Source: Eledone cirrhosa
Taxonomy: Eukaryota
Length of the DNA: 64,000 nucleotides
Direction: 5' to 3'
Assembly: GCA_964016885.1 (NCBI GenBank)
Contig: OZ024749.1
Location: forward strand, 8,432,001 to 8,496,000
In this document: one piece after another, positions 1-15,000 of the stretch
Layout of the letters: every line of letters starts with the position of its first letter
How positions within the stretch are numbered: the first letter of the stretch is position 1
The notes under the pieces: model-generated
Seen by the model: the letters and a program-made list of their open reading frames with translations, nothing else
Database searches by the model: none
What the model was told of the DNA's origin: nothing
Program-made: the position numbers and the translations under genes

Positions 1-3000
1 TGGTGGTGGTGTTAGTGGTCTTGCTGGTATAGGTGGTGGTGGTGGTGTTAATGGTCTTGCTGGTATAGGTGGTGTTGGTGTTGGTGTTAATGGTCTTGCT
101 GGTATAGGTGGTGTTGGTGTTAATGGTCTTGCTGGTATAGGTGGTGTTGGTGTTGGTGTTAATGGTCTTGTTGGTATAGGTTGTGTTGGTGTTAATGGTC
201 TTGTTGGTATAGGTGGTGTTGGTGTTAATGGTCTTGCTGGTATAGGTGGTGTTGGTGTTAATGGTCTTGCTGGTATAGGTGGTGTTGGTGTTAATGGTCT
301 TGTTGGTATAGGTGGTGTTGGTGTTAATGGTCTTGATGGTATAGGTGGTGTTGGTGTTAATGGTCTTGCTGGTATAGGTGGTGTTGGTGTTAATGGTCTT
401 GCTGGTATAGGTGGTGGTGGTGTTAGTGGTCTTGTTGGTATAGGTGGTGTTGGTGTTAATGGTCTTGCTGGTATAGGTGGTGGTGGTGTTAATGGTCTTG
501 CTGGTATAGGTGGTGTTGGTGTTAATGGTCTTGCTGGTATAGGTGGTGTTGGTGTTAATGGTCTTGCTGGTATAGGTGGTGTTGGTGTTAATGGTCTTGC
601 TGGTATAGGTGGTGGTGGTGTTAGTGTGGTCTTGTTGGTATAGGTGGTGTTGGTGTTAATGGTCTTGCTGTATAGGTGGTGGTGGTGTTAGTGGTCTTGT
701 TGGTATAGGTGGTGTTGGTGTTAGTGGTCTTGCTGGTATAGGTGGTGGTGGTGTTAGTGGTCTTGTTGGTATAGGTGGTGTTGGTGTTAGTGGTCTTGCT
801 GGTATAGGTGGTGGTGGTGTTAGTGGTCTTGTTGGTATAGGTGGTGTTGGTGTTAATGGTCTTGCTGGTATAGGTGGTGGTGGTGTTAGTGGTCTTGTTG
901 GTATAGGTGGTGTTGGTGTTAGTGGTCTTGCTGGTATAGGTGGTGGTGGTGTTAGTGGTCTTGTTGGTATAGGTGGTGTTGGTGTTAATGGTCTTGCTGG
1001 TATAGGTGGTGGTGGTGTTAGTGGTCTTGTTGGTATAGGTGGTGTTGGTGTTAGTGGTCTTGCTGGTATAGGTGGTGGTGGTGTTAGTGGTCTTGTTGGT
1101 ATAGGTGGTGTTGGTGTTAGTGGTCTTGCTGGTATAGGTGGTGGTGGTGTTAGTGGTCTTGTTGGTATAGGTGGTGTTGGTGTTAGTGGTCTTGCTGGTA
1201 TAGGTGGTGGTGGTGTTAGTGGTCTTGTTGGTATAGGTGGTGTTGGTGTTAGTGGTCTTGCTGGTATAGGTGGTGGTGGTGTTAGTGGTCTTGTTGGTAT
1301 AGGTGGTGTTGGTGTTAATGGTCTTGCTGGTATAGGTGGTGGTGGTGTTAGTGGTCTTGTTGGTATAGGTGGTGTTGGTGTTAATGGTCTTGCTGGTATA
1401 GGTGGTGTTGGTGTTAGTGGTCTTGCTGGTATAGGTGGTGTTGGTGTTAGTGGTCTTGTTGGTATAGGTGGTGTTGGTGTTAGTGGTCTTGCTGGTATAG
1501 GTGGTGGTGGTGTTAGTGGTCTTGTTGGTATAGGTGGTGTTGGTGTTAATGGTCTTGCTGGTATAGGTGGTGGTGGTGTTAGTGGTCTTGTTGGTATAGG
1601 TGGTGTTGGTGTTAATGGTCTTGCTGGTATAGGTGGTGTTGGTGTTAGTGGTCTTGCTGGTATAGGTGGTGGTGGTGTTAGTGGTCTTGTTGGTATAGGT
1701 GGTGTTGGTGTTAGTGGTCTTGCTGGTATAGGTGGTGGTGGTGTTAGTGGTCTTGTTGGTATAGGTGGTGTTGGTGTTAATGGTCTTGCTGGTATAGGTG
1801 GTGGTGGTGTTAGTGGTCTTGTTGGTATAGGTGGTGTTGGTGTTAATGGTCTTGCTGGTATAGGTGGTCGTGGTGTTAGTGGTCTTGTTGGTATAGGTGG
1901 TGTTGGTGTTAGTGGTCTTGTTGGTATAGGTGGTGGTGGTGTTAGTAGTCTTGTTGGTATAGGTGTGATGGTGTTGGTGTTAATGGTCTTGTTGGTATAG
2001 GTGGTGGTGGTGTTAATGGTCTTGCTGGTATAGGTGGTGTTGGTGTTAATGGTCTTGCTGGTATAGGTGGTGTTGGTGTTAATGGTCTTGCTGGTATAGG
2101 TGGTGTTGGTGTTAATGGTCTTGCTGGTATAGGTGGTGTTGGTGTTAATGGTCTTGCTGGTATAGGTGGTGTTGGTGTTAATGGTCTTGCTGGTATAGGT
2201 GGTGTTGGTGTTAATGGTCTTGCTGGTATAGGTGGTGTTGGTGTTGGTGTTAATGGTCTTGTTGGTATAGGTGGTGTTGGTGTTAATGGTCTTGCTGGTA
2301 TAAGTGGTGTTGGTGTTAATGGTCTTGCTGGTATAGGTGGTGTTGGTGTTAATGGTCTTGCTGGTATAGGTGGTGTTGGTGTTAATGGTCTTGTTGGTAT
2401 AGGTGGTGTTGGTGTTAATGGTCTTGCTGGTATAGGTGGTGTTGGTGTTAATGGTCTTGCTGGTATAGGTGGTGTTGGTGTTAATGGTCTTGCTGGTATA
2501 GGTGGTGTTGGTGTTAATGGTCTTGCTGGTATAGGTGGTGTTGGTGTTAATGGTCTTGCTGGTATAGGTGGTGTTGGTGTTAATGGTCTTGCTGGTATAG
2601 GTGGTGTTGGTGTTGGTGTTAATGGTCTTGTTGGTATAGGTGGTGTTGGTGTTGGTGTTAATGGTCTTGTTGGTATAGGTGGTGTTGGTGTTAATGGTCT
2701 TGCTGGTATAGGTGGTGTTGGTGTTGGTGTTAATGGTCTTGTTGGTATAGGTGGTGTTGGTGTTAATGGTCTTGTTGGTATAGGTGGTGTTGGTGTTAAT
2801 GGTCTTGCTGGTATAGGTGGTGTTGGTGTTAATGGTCTTGCTGGTATAGGTGGTGTTGGTGTTAATGGTCTTGCTGGTATAGGTGGTGTTGGTGTTGGTG
2901 TTAATGGTCTTGTTGGTATAGGTGGTGTTGGTGTTGGTGTTAATGGTCTTGTTGGTATAGGTGGTGTTGGTGTTAATGGTCTTGCTGGTATACTGGTGTT

Positions 3001-6000
3001 GGTGTTGGTGTTAATGGTCTTGTTGGTATAGGTGGTGTTGGTGTTAATGGTCTTGCTGGTATAGGTGGTGTTGGTGTTGGTGTTAATGGTCTTGTTGGTA
3101 TAGGTGGTGTTGGTGTTAATGGTCTTGCTGGTATAGGTGGTGTTGGTGTTAATGGTCTTGTTGGTATAGGTTGTGTTGGTGTTAATGGTCTTGTTGGTAT
3201 AGGTGGTGTTGGTGTTAATGGTCTTGCTGGTATAGGTGGTGTTGGTGTTAATGGTCTTGCTGGTATAGGTGGTGTTGGTGTTAATGGTCTTGCTGGTATA
3301 GGTGGTGTTGGTGTTAATGGTCTTGCTGGTATAGGTGGTGTTGGTGTTAATGGTCTTGCTGGTATAGGTGGTGGTGGTGTTAATGGTCTTGTTGGTATAG
3401 GTGGTGTTGGTGTTAATGGTCTTGCTGGTATAGGTTGTGTTGGTGTTAATGGTCTTGTTGGTATAGGTGGTGTTGGTGTTAATGGTCTTGCTGGTATAGG
3501 TGGTGTTGGTGTTAATGGTCTTGCTGGTATAGGTGGTGTTGGTGTTGGTGTTAATGGTCTTGTTGGTATAGGTGGTGTTGGTGTTAATGGTCTTGCTGGT
3601 ATAGGTGGTGTTGGTGTTGGTGTTAATGGTCTTGTTGGTATAGGGGGTGTTGGTGTTAATGGTCTTGCTGGTATAGGTGGTGTTGGTGTTAATGGTCTTG
3701 TTGGTATAGGTTGTGTTGGTGTTAATGGTCTTGTTGGTATAGGTGGTGTTGGTGTTAATGGTCTTGCTGGTATAGGTGGTGTTGGTGTTAATGGTCTTGC
3801 TGGTATAGGTGGTGTTGGTGTTGGTGTTAATGGTCTTGTTGGTATAGGTGGTGTTGGTGTTAATGGTCTTGCTGGTATAGGTGGTGTTGGTGTTAATGGT
3901 CTTGTTGGTATAGGTTGTGTTGGTGTTAATGGTCTTGTTGGTATAGGTGGTGTTGGTGTTAATGGTCTTGCTGGTATAGGTGGTGTTGGTGTTAATGGTC
4001 TTGCTGGTATAGGTGGTGTTGGTGTTGGTGTTAATGGTCTTGTTGGTATAGGTGGTGTTGGTGTTAATGGTCTTGCTGGTATAGGTGGTGTTGGTGTTGG
4101 TGTTAATGGTCTTGTTGGTATAGGTGGTGTTGGTGTTAATGGTCTTGCTGGTATAGGTGGTGTTGGTGTTGGTGTTAATGGTCTTGTTGGTATAGGTGGT
4201 GTTGGTGTTAATGGTCTTGCTGGTATAGGTGGTGGTGGTGTTAGTGGTCTTGTTGGTATAGGTGGTGTTGGTGTTAGTGGTCTTGCTGGTATAGGTGGTG
4301 GTGGTGTTAGTGGTCTTGTTGGTATAGGTGGTGTTGGTGTTAATGGTCTTGCTGGTATAGGTGGTGGTGGTGTTAGTGGTCTTGTTGGTATAGGTGGTGT
4401 TGGTGTTAGTGGTCTTGCTGGTATAGGTGGTGGTGGTGTTAGTGGTCTTGTTGGTATAGGTGGTGTTGGTGTTAGTGGTCTTGCTGGTATAGGTGGTGGT
4501 GGTGTTAGTGGTCTTGTTGGTATAGGTGGTGTTGGTGTTAATGGTCTTGCTGGTATAGGTGGTGGTGGTGTTAGTGGTCTTGTTGGTATAGGTGGTGTTG
4601 GTGTTAATGGTCTTGCTGGTATAGGTGGTGGTGGTGTTAGTGGTCTTGTTGGTATAGGTGGTGTTGGTGTTAATGGTCTTGCTGGTATAGGTGGTGTTGG
4701 TGTTAATGGTCTTGCTGGTATAGGTGGTGTTGGTGTTAATGGTCTTGTTGGTATAGGTTGTGTTGGTGTTAATGGTCTTGCTGGTATAGGTGGTGTTGGT
4801 GTTAATGGTCTTGCTGGTATAGGTGGTGTTGGTGTTAATGGTCTTGCTGGTATAGGTGGTGTTGGTGTTAGTGGTCTTGTTGGTATAGGTGGTGTTGGTG
4901 TTAGTGGTCTTGCTGGTATAGGTGGTGGTGGTGTTAGTGGTCTTGTTGGTATAGGTGGTGTTGGTGTTAATGGTCTTGCTGGTATAGGTGGTGGTGGTGT
5001 TAGTGGTCTTGTTGGTATAGGTGGTGTTGGTGTTAATGGTCTTGCTGGTATAGGTGGTGTTGGTGTTAGTGGTCTTGCTGGTATAGGTGGTGGTGGTGTT
5101 AGTGGTCTTGTTGGTATAGGTGGTGTTGGTGTTAGTGGTCTTGCTGGTATAGGTGGTGGTGGTGTTAGTGGTCTTGTTGGTATAGGTGGTGTTGGTGTTA
5201 ATGGTCTTGCTGGTATAGGTGGTGGTGGTGTTAGTGGTCTTGTTGGTATAGGTGGTGTTGGTGTTAATGGTCTTGCTGGTATAGGTGGTCGTGGTGTTAG
5301 TGGTCTTGTTGGTATAGGTGGTGTTGGTGTTAGTGGTCTTGTTGGTATAGGTGGTGTTGGTGTTAATGGTCTTGCTGGTATAGGTGGTGGTGGTGTTAGT
5401 GGTCTTGTTGGTATAGGTGGTGTTGGTGTTAGTGGTCTTGCTGGTATAGGTGGTGGTGGTGTTAGTGGTCTTGTTGGTATAGTTGGTGTTGGTGTTAATG
5501 GTCTTGCTGGTATAGGTGGTGGTGGTGTTAGTGGTCTTGTTGGTATAGGTGGTGTTGGTGTTAGTGGTCTTGCTGGTATAGGTGGTGGTGGTGTTAGTGG
5601 TCTTGTTGGTATAGGTGGTGTTGGTTTTAATGGTCTTGCTGGTATAGGTGGTGGTGGTGTTAGTGGTCTTGTTGGTATAGGTGGTGTTGGTGTTAGTGGT
5701 CTTGCTGGTATAGGTGGTGGTGGTGTTAGTGGTCTTGTTGGTATAGGTGGTGTTGGTGTTAGTGGTCTTGCTGGTATAGGTGGTGGTGGTGTTAGTGGTC
5801 TTGTTGGTATAGGTGGTGTTGGTGTTAATGGTCTTGCTGGTATAGGTGGTGGTGGTGTTAGTGGTCTTGTTGCTATATATGGTGTTGGTGTTAATGGTCT
5901 TGCTGGTATAGGTGGTGTTGGTGTTAGTGGTCTTGCTGGTATAGGTGGTGGTGGTGTTAGTGGTCTTGTTGGTATAGGTGGTGTTGGTGTTAGTGGTCTT

Positions 6001-9000
6001 GCTGGTATAGGTGGTGGTGGTGTTAGTGGTCTTGTTGGTATAGGTGGTGTTGGTGTTAATGGTCTTGCTGGTATAGGTGGTGGTGGTGTTAGTGGTCTTG
6101 TTGGTATAGGTGGTGTTGGTGTTAGTGGTCTTGTTGGTATAGGTGGTGTTGGTGTTAATGGTCTTGCTGGTATAGGTGGTCGTGGTGTTAGTGGTCTTGT
6201 TGGTATAGGTGGTGTTGGTGTTAGTGGTCTTGTTGGTATAGGTGGTGGTGGTGTTAGTAGTCTTGTTGGTATAGGTGGTGATGGTGTTGGTGTTAATGGT
6301 CTTGTTGGTATAGGTGGTGGTGGTGTTAATGGTCTTGCTGGTATAGGTGGTGTTGGTGTTAATGGTCTTGCTGGTATAGGTGGTGTTGGTGTTAATGGTC
6401 TTGCTGGTATAGGTGGTGTTGGTGTTAATGGTCTTGCTGGTATAGGTGGTGTTGGTGTTAATGGTCTTGCTGGTATAGGTGGTGTTGGTGTTAATGGTCT
6501 TGCTGGTATAGGTGGTGTTGGTGTTAATGGTCTTGCTGGTATACGTGGTGTTGGTGTTAATGGTCTTGTTGGTATAGGTGGTGTTGGTGTTAATGGTCTT
6601 GTTGGTATAGGTGGTGTTGGTGTTAATGGTCTTGCTGGTATAGGTGGTGTTGGTGTTAATGGTCTTGCTGGTATAGGTGGTGTTGGTGTTAATGGTCTTG
6701 CTGGTATAGGTGGTGTTGGTGTTAATGGTCTTGTTGGTATAGGTTGTGTTGGTGTTAATGGTCTTGTTGGTATAGGTGGTGTTGGTGTTAATGGTCTTGC
6801 TGGTATAGGTGGTGTTGGTGTTAATGGTCTTGCTGGTATAGGTGGTGTTGGTGTTAATGGTCTTGTTGGTATAGGTGGTGTTGGTGTTAATGGTCTTGCT
6901 GGTATAGGTGGTGTTAGTGTTAATGGTCTTGCTGGTATAGGTGGTGTTGGTGTTAATAGTCTTGCTGGTATAGGTGGTGTTGGTGTTAATGGTCTTGTTG
7001 GTATAGGTGGTGTTGGTGTTAATGGTCTTGCTGGTATAGGTGGTGTTGGTGTTAATGGTCTTGCTGGTATAGGTGGTGGTGGTGTTAGTGGTCTTGTTGG
7101 TATAGGTGGTGTTGGTGTTAATGGTCTTGCTGGTATAGGTGGTGGTGGTGTTAGTGGTCTTGTTGGTATAGGTGGTGTTGGTGTTAATGGTCTTGCTGGT
7201 ATGGTGGTGGTGGTGTTAATGGTCTTGCTGGTATAGGTGGTGTTGGTGTTAATGGTCTTGCTGGTATAGGTGGTGTTGGTGTTAATGGTCTTGCTGGTAT
7301 AGGTGGTGTTGGTGTTAATGGTCTTGCTGGTATAGGTGGTGGTGGTGTTAGTGGTCTTGTTGGTATAGGTGGTGTTGGTGTTAATGGTCTTGCTGGTATA
7401 GGTGGTGGTGGTGTTAGTGGTCTTGTTGGTATAGGTGGTGTTGGTGTTAGTGGTCTTGCTGGTATAGGTGGTGGTGGTGTTAGTGGTCTTGTTGGTATAG
7501 GTGGTGTTGGTGTTAGTGGTCTTGCTGGTATAGGTGGTGGTGGTGTTAGTGGTCTTGTTGGTATAGGTGGTGTTGGTGTTAATGGTCTTGCTGGTATAGG
7601 TGGTGGTGGTGTTAGTGGTCTTGTTGGTATAGGTGGTGTTGGTGTTAGTGGTCTTGCTGGTATAGGTGGTGGTGGTGTTAGTGGTCTTGTTGGTATAGGT
7701 GGTGTTGGTGTTAATGGTCTTGCTGGTATAGGTGGTGGTGGTGTTAGTGGTCTTGTTGGTATAGGTGGTGTTGGTGTTAGTGGTCTTGCTGGTATAGGTG
7801 GTGGTGGTGTTAGTGGTCTTGTTGGTATAGGTGGTGTTGGTGTTAGTGGTCTTGCTGGTATAGGTGGTGGTGGTGTTAGTGGTCTTGTTGGTATAGGTGG
7901 TGTTGGTGTTAATGGTCTTGCTGGTATAGGTGGTGGTGGTGTTAGTGGTCTTGTTGGTATAGGTGGTGTTGGTGTTAGTGGTCTTGCTGGTATAGGTGGT
8001 GGTGGTGTTAGTGGTCTTGTTGGTATAGGTGGTGTTGGTGTTAATGGTCTTGCTGGTATAGGTGGTGGTGGTGTTAGTGGTCTTGTTGGTATAGGTGGTG
8101 TTGGTGTTAATGGTCTTGCTGGTATAGGTGGTGTTGGTGTTAGTGGTCTTGCTGGTATAGGTGGTGTTGGTGTTAGTGGTCTTGTTGGTATAGGTGGTGT
8201 TGGTGTTAGTGGTCTTGCTGGTATAGGTGGTGGTGGTGTTAGTGGTCTTGTTGGTATAGGTGGTGTTGGTGTTAATGGTCTTGCTGGTATAGGTGGTGGT
8301 GGTGTTAGTGGTCTTGTTGGTATAGGTGGTGTTGGTGTTAATGGTCTTGCTGGTATAGGTGGTGTTGGTGTTAGTGGTCTTGCTGGTATAGGTGGTGGTG
8401 GTGTTAGTGGTCTTGTTGGTATAGGTGGTGTTGGTGTTAGTGGTCTTGCTGGTATAGGTGGTGGTGGTGTTAGTGGTCTTGTTGGTATAGGTGGTGTTGG
8501 TGTTAATGGTCTTGCTGGTATAGGTGGTGGTGGTGTTAGTGGTCTTGTTGGTATAGGTGGTGTTGGTGTTAATGGTCTTGCTGGTATAGGTGGTCGTGGT
8601 GTTAGTGGTCTTGTTGGTATAGGTGGTGTTGGTGTTAGTGGTCTTGTTGGTATAGGTGGTGGTGGTGTTAGTAGTCTTGTTGGTATAGGTGGTGATGGTG
8701 TTGGTGTTAATGGTCTTGTTGGTATAGGTGGTGGTGGTGTTAATGGTCTTGCTGGTATAGGTGGTGTTGGTGTTAATGGTCTTGCTGGTATAGGTGGTGT
8801 TGGTGTTAATGGTCTTGCTGGTATACGTGGTGTTGGTGTTAATGGTCTTGTTGGTATAGGTGGTGTTGGTGTTAATGGTCTTGTTGGTATAGGTGGTGTT
8901 GGTGTTAATGGTCTTGCTGGTATAGGTGGTGTTGGTGTTAATGGTCTTGCTGGTATAGGTGGTGTTGGTGTTAATGGTCTTGCTGGTATAGGTGGTGTTG

Positions 9001-12000
9001 GTGTTAATGGTCTTGTTGGTATAGGTTGTGTTGGTGTTAATGGTCTTGTTGGTATAGGTGGTGTTGGTGTTAATGGTCTTGCTGGTATAGGTGGTGTTGG
9101 TGTTAATGGTCTTGCTGGTATAGGTGGTGTTGGTGTTAATGGTCTTGTTGGTATAGGTGGTGTTGGTGTTAATGGTCTTGCTGGTATAGGTGGTGTTAGT
9201 GTTAATGGTCTTGCTGGTATAGGTGGTGTTGGTGTTAATAGTCTTGCTGGTATAGGTGGTGTTGGTGTTAATGGTCTTGTTGGTATAGGTGGTGTTGGTG
9301 TTAATGGTCTTGCTGGTATAGGTGGTGTTGGTGTTAATGGTCTTGCTGGTATAGGTGGTGGTGGTGTTAGTGGTCTTGTTGGTATAGGTGGTGTTGGTGT
9401 TAATGGTCTTGCTGGTATAGGTGGTGGTGGTGTTAGTGGTCTTGTTGGTATAGGTGGTGTTGGTGTTAATGGTCTTGCTGGTATGGTGGTGGTGGTGTTA
9501 ATGGTCTTGCTGGTATAGGTGGTGTTGGTGTTAATGGTCTTGCTGGTATAGGTGGTGTTGGTGTTAATGGTCTTGCTGGTATAGGTGGTGTTGGTGTTAA
9601 TGGTCTTGCTGGTATAGGTGGTGGTGGTGTTAGTGGTCTTGTTGGTATAGGTGGTGTTGGTGTTAATGGTCTTGCTGGTATAGGTGGTGGTGGTGTTAGT
9701 GGTCTTGTTGGTATAGGTGGTGTTGGTGTTAGTGGTCTTGCTGGTATAGGTGGTGGTGGTGTTAGTGGTCTTGTTGGTATAGGTGGTGTTGGTGTTAGTG
9801 GTCTTGCTGGTATAGGTGGTGGTGGTGTTAGTGGTCTTGTTGGTATAGGTGGTGTTGGTGTTAATGGTCTTGCTGGTATAGGTGGTGGTGGTGTTAGTGG
9901 TCTTGTTGGTATAGGTGGTGTTGGTGTTAGTGGTCTTGCTGGTATAGGTGGTGGTGGTGTTAGTGGTCTTGTTGGTATAGGTGGTGTTGGTGTTAATGGT
10001 CTTGCTGGTATAGGTGGTGGTGGTGTTAGTGGTCTTGTTGGTATAGGTGGTGTTGGTGTTAGTGGTCTTGCTGGTATAGGTGGTGGTGGTGTTAGTGGTC
10101 TTGTTGGTATAGGTGGTGTTGGTGTTAGTGGTCTTGCTGGTATAGGTGGTGGTGGTGTTAGTGGTCTTGTTGGTATAGGTGGTGTTGGTGTTAATGGTCT
10201 TGCTGGTATAGGTGGTGGTGGTGTTAGTGGTCTTGTTGGTATAGGTGGTGTTGGTGTTAGTGGTCTTGCTGGTATAGGTGGTGGTGGTGTTAGTGGTCTT
10301 GTTGGTATAGGTGGTGTTGGTGTTAATGGTCTTGCTGGTATAGGTGGTGGTGGTGTTAGTGGTCTTGTTGGTATAGGTGGTGTTGGTGTTAATGGTCTTG
10401 CTGGTATAGGTGGTGTTGGTGTTAGTGGTCTTGCTGGTATAGGTGGTGTTGGTGTTAGTGGTCTTGTTGGTATAGGTGGTGTTGGTGTTAGTGGTCTTGC
10501 TGGTATAGGTGGTGTTGGTGTTAATGGTCTTGCTGGTATAGGTGGTGGTGGTGTTAGTGGTCTTGTTGGTATAGGTGGTGTTGGTGTTAGTGGTCTTGTT
10601 GGTATAGGTGGTGTTGGTGTTAATGGTCTTGCTGGTATAGGTGGTGGTGGTGTTAGTGGTCTTGTTGGTATAGGTGGTGTTGGTGTTAATGGTCTTGCTG
10701 GTATAGGTGGTGTTGGTGTTAGTGGTCTTGCTGGTATAGGTGGTGGTGGTGTTAGTGGTCTTGTTGGTATAGGTGGTGTTGGTGTTAGTGGTCTTGCTGG
10801 TATAGGTGGTGGTGGTGTTAGTGGTCTTGTTGGTATAGGTGGTGTTGGTGTTAATGGTCTTGCTGGTATAGGTGGTGGTGGTGTTAGTGGTCTTGTTGGT
10901 ATAGGTGGTGTTGGTGTTAATGGTCTTGCTGGTATAGGTGGTCGTGGTGTTAGTGGTCTTGTTGGTATAGGTGGTGTTGGTGTTAGTGGTCTTGTTGGTA
11001 TAGGTGGTGGTGGTGTTAGTAGTCTTGTTGGTATAGGTGGTGATGGTGTTGGTGTTAATGGTCTTGTTGGTATAGGTGGTGGTGGTGTTAATGGTCTTGC
11101 TGGTATAGGTGGTGTTGGTGTTAATGGTCTTGCTGGTATAGGTGGTGTTGGTGTTAATGGTCTTGCTGGTATAGGTGGTGTTGGTGTTAATGGTCTTGCT
11201 GGTATAGGTGGTGTTGGTGTTAATGGTCTTGCTGGTATAGGTGGTGTTGGTGTTAATGGTCTTGCTGGTATAGGTGGTGTTGGTGTTAATGGTCTTGCTG
11301 GTATAGGTGGTGTTGGTGTTAATGGTCTTGCTGGTATAGGTGGTGTTGGTGTTGGTGTTAATGGTCTTGTTGGTATAGGTGGTGTTGGTGTTAATGGTCT
11401 TGCTGGTATAGGTGGTGTTGGTGTTAATGGTCTTGCTGGTATAGGTGGTGTTGGTGTTGGTGTTAATGGTCTTGCTGGTATAGGTGGTGTTGGTGTTAAT
11501 GGTCTTGCTGGTATAGGTGGTGTTGGTGTTGGTGTTAATGGTCTTGTTGGTATAGGTGGTGTTGGTGTTAATGGTCTTGCTGGTATAGGTGGTGTTGGTG
11601 TTAATGGTCTTGCTGGTATAGGTGGTGTTGGTGTTAATGGTCTTGCTGGTATAGGTGGTGTTGGTGTTAATGGTCTTGCTGGTATAGGTGGTGTTGGTGT
11701 TAATGGTCTTGCTGGTATAGGTGGTGTTGGTGTTAATGGTCTTGCTGGTATAGGTGGTGTTGGTGTTGGTGTTAATGGTCTTGTTGGTATAGGTGGTGTT
11801 GGTGTTGGTGTTAATGGTCTTGTTGGTATAGGTGGTGTTGGTGTTAATGGTCTTGCTGGTATAGGTGGTGTTGGTGTTGGTGTTAATGGATCCTGTTGGT
11901 ATAGGTGGTGTTGGTGTTAATGGTCTTGTTGGTATAGGTGGTGTTGGTGTTAATGGTCTTGCTGGTATAGGTGGTGTTGGTGTTAATGGTCTTGCTGGTA

Positions 12001-15000
12001 TAGGTGGTGTTGGTGTTAATGGTCTTGCTGGTATAGGTGGTGTTGGTGTTGGTGTTAATGGTCTTGTTGGTATAGGTGGTGTTGGTGTTGGTGTTAATGG
12101 TCTTGTTGGTATAGGTGGTGTTGGTGTTAATGGTCTTGCTGGTATACTGGTGTTGGTGTTGGTGTTAATGGTCTTGTTGGTATAGGTGGTGTTGGTGTTA
12201 ATGGTCTTGCTGGTATAGGTGGTGTTGGTGTTGGTGTTAATGGTCTTGTTGGTATAGGTGGTGTTGGTGTTAATGGTCTTGCTGGTATAGGTGGTGTTGG
12301 TGTTAGTGGTCTTGTTGGTATAGGTGGTGGTGGTGTTAGTAGTCTTGTTGGTATAGGTGGTGATGGTGTTGGTGTTAATGGTCTTGTTGGTATAGGTGGT
12401 GGTGGTGTTAATGGTCTTGCTGGTATAGGTGGTGTTGGTGTTAATGGTCTTGCTGGTATAGGTGGTGTTGGTGTTAATGGTCTTGCTGGTATAGGTGGTG
12501 TTGGTGTTAATGGTCTTGCTGGTATAGGTGGTGTTGGTGTTAATGGTCTTGCTGGTATAGGTGGTGTTGGTGTTAATGGTCTTGCTGGTATAGGTGGTGT
12601 TGGTGTTAATGGTCTTGCTGGTATAGGTGGTGTTGGTGTTGGTGTTAATGGTCTTGTTGGTATAGGTGGTGTTGGTGTTAATGGTCTTGCTGGTATAGGT
12701 GGTGTTGGTGTTAATGGTCTTGCTGGTATAGGTGGTGTTGGTGTTGGTGTTAATGGTCTTGCTGGTATAGGTGGTGTTGGTGTTAATGGTCTTGCTGGTA
12801 TAGGTGGTGTTGGTGTTGGTGTTAATGGTCTTGTTGGTATAGGTGGTGTTGGTGTTAATGGTCTTGCTGGTATAGGTGGTGTTGGTGTTAATGGTCTTGC
12901 TGGTATAGGTGGTGTTGGTGTTAATGGTCTTGCTGGTATAGGTGGTGTTGGTGTTAATGGTCTTGCTGGTATAGGTGGTGTTGGTGTTAATGGTCTTGCT
13001 GGTATAGGTGGTGTTGGTGTTAATGGTCTTGCTGGTATAGGTGGTGTTGGTGTTGGTGTTAATAGTCTTGTTGGTATAGGTGGTGTTGGTGTTGGTGTTA
13101 ATGGTCTTGTTGGTATAGGTGGTGTTGGTGTTAATGGTCTTGCTGGTATAGGTGGTGTTGGTGTTGGTGTTAATGGTCTTGTTGGTATAGGTGGTGTTGG
13201 TGTTAATGGTCTTGTTGGTATAGGTGGTGTTGGTGTTAATGGTCTTGCTGGTATAGGTGGTGTTGGTGTTAATGGTCTTGCTGGTATAGGTGGTGTTGGT
13301 GTTAATGGTCTTGCTGGTATAGGTGGTGTTGGTGTTGGTGTTAATGGTCTTGTTGGTATAGGTGGTGTTGGTGTTGGTGTTAATGGTCTTGTTGGTATAG
13401 GTGGTGTTGGTGTTAATGGTCTTGCTGGTATACTGGTGTTGGTGTTGGTGTTAATGGTCTTGTTGGTATAGGTGGTGTTGGTGTTAATGGTCTTGCTGGT
13501 ATAGGTGGTGTTGGTGTTGGTGTTAATGGTCTTGTTGGTATAGGTGGTGTTGGTGTTAATGATCTTGCTGGTATAGGTGGTGTTGGTGTTAATGGTCTTG
13601 TTGGTATAGGTTGTGTTGGTGTTAATGGTCTTGTTGGTATAGGTGGTGTTGGTGTTAATGGTCTTGCTGGTATAGGTGGTGTTGGTGTTAATGGTCTTGC
13701 TGGTATAGGTGGTGTTGGTGTTAATGGTCTTGCTGGTATAGGTGGTGTTGGTGTTAATGGTCTTGCTGGTATAGGTGGTGTTGGTGTTAATGGTCTTGCT
13801 GGTATAGGTGGTGGTGGTGTTAATGGTCTTGTTGGTATAGGTGGTGTTGGTGTTAATGGTTTTGCTGGTATAGGTTGTGTTGGTGTTAATGGTCTTGTTG
13901 GTATAGGTGGTGTTGGTGTTAATGGTCTTGCTGGTATAGGTGGTGTTGGTGTTAATGGTCTTGCTGGTATAGGTGGTGTTGGTGTTGGTGTTAATGGTCT
14001 TGTTGGTATAGGTGGTGTTGGTGTTAATGGTCTTGCTGGTATAGGTGGTGTTGGTGTTGGTGTTAATGGTCTTGTTGGTATAGGGGGTGTTGGTGTTAAT
14101 GGTCTTGCTGGTATAGGTGGTGTTGGTGTTAATGGTCTTGTTGGTATAGGTTGTGTTGGTGTTAATGGTCTTGTTGGTATAGGTGGTGTTGGTGTTAATG
14201 GTCTTGCTGGTATAGGTGGTGTTGGTGTTAATGGTCTTGCTGGTATAGGTGGTGTTGGTGTTGGTGTTAATGGTCTTGTTGGTATAGGTGGTGTTGGTGT
14301 TAATGGTCTTGCTGGTATAGGTGGTGTTGGTGTTAATGGTCTTGTTGGTATAGGTTGTGTTGGTGTTAATGGTCTTGTTGGTATAGGTGGTGTTGGTGTT
14401 AATGGTCTTGCTGGTATAGGTGGTGTTGGTGTTAATGGTCTTGCTGGTATAGGTGGTGTTGGTGTTGGTGTTAATGGTCTTGTTGGTATAGGTGGTGTTG
14501 GTGTTAATGGTCTTGCTGGTATAGGTGGTGTTGGTGTTGGTGTTAATGGTCTTGTTGGTATAGGTGGTGTTGGTGTTAATGGTCTTGCTGGTATAGGTGG
14601 TGTTGGTGTTGGTGTTAATGGTCTTGTTGGTATAGGTGGTGTTGGTGTTAATGGTCTTGCTGGTATAGGTGGTGGTGGTGTTAGTGGTCTTGTTGGTATA
14701 GGTGGTGTTGGTGTTAGTGGTCTTGCTGGTATAGGTGGTGGTGGTGTTAGTGGTCTTGTTGGTATAGGTGGTGTTGGTGTTAGTGGTCTTGCTGGTATAG
14801 GTGGTGGTGGTGTTAGTGGTCTTGTTGGTATAGGTGGTGTTGGTGTTAATGGTCTTGCTGGTATAGGTGGTGGTGGTGTTAGTGGTCTTGTTGGTATAGG
14901 TGGTGTTGGTGTTAGTGGTCTTGCTGGTATAGGTGGTGGTGGTGTTAGTGGTCTTGTTGGTATAGGTGGTGTTGGTGTTAATGGTCTTGCTGGTATAGGT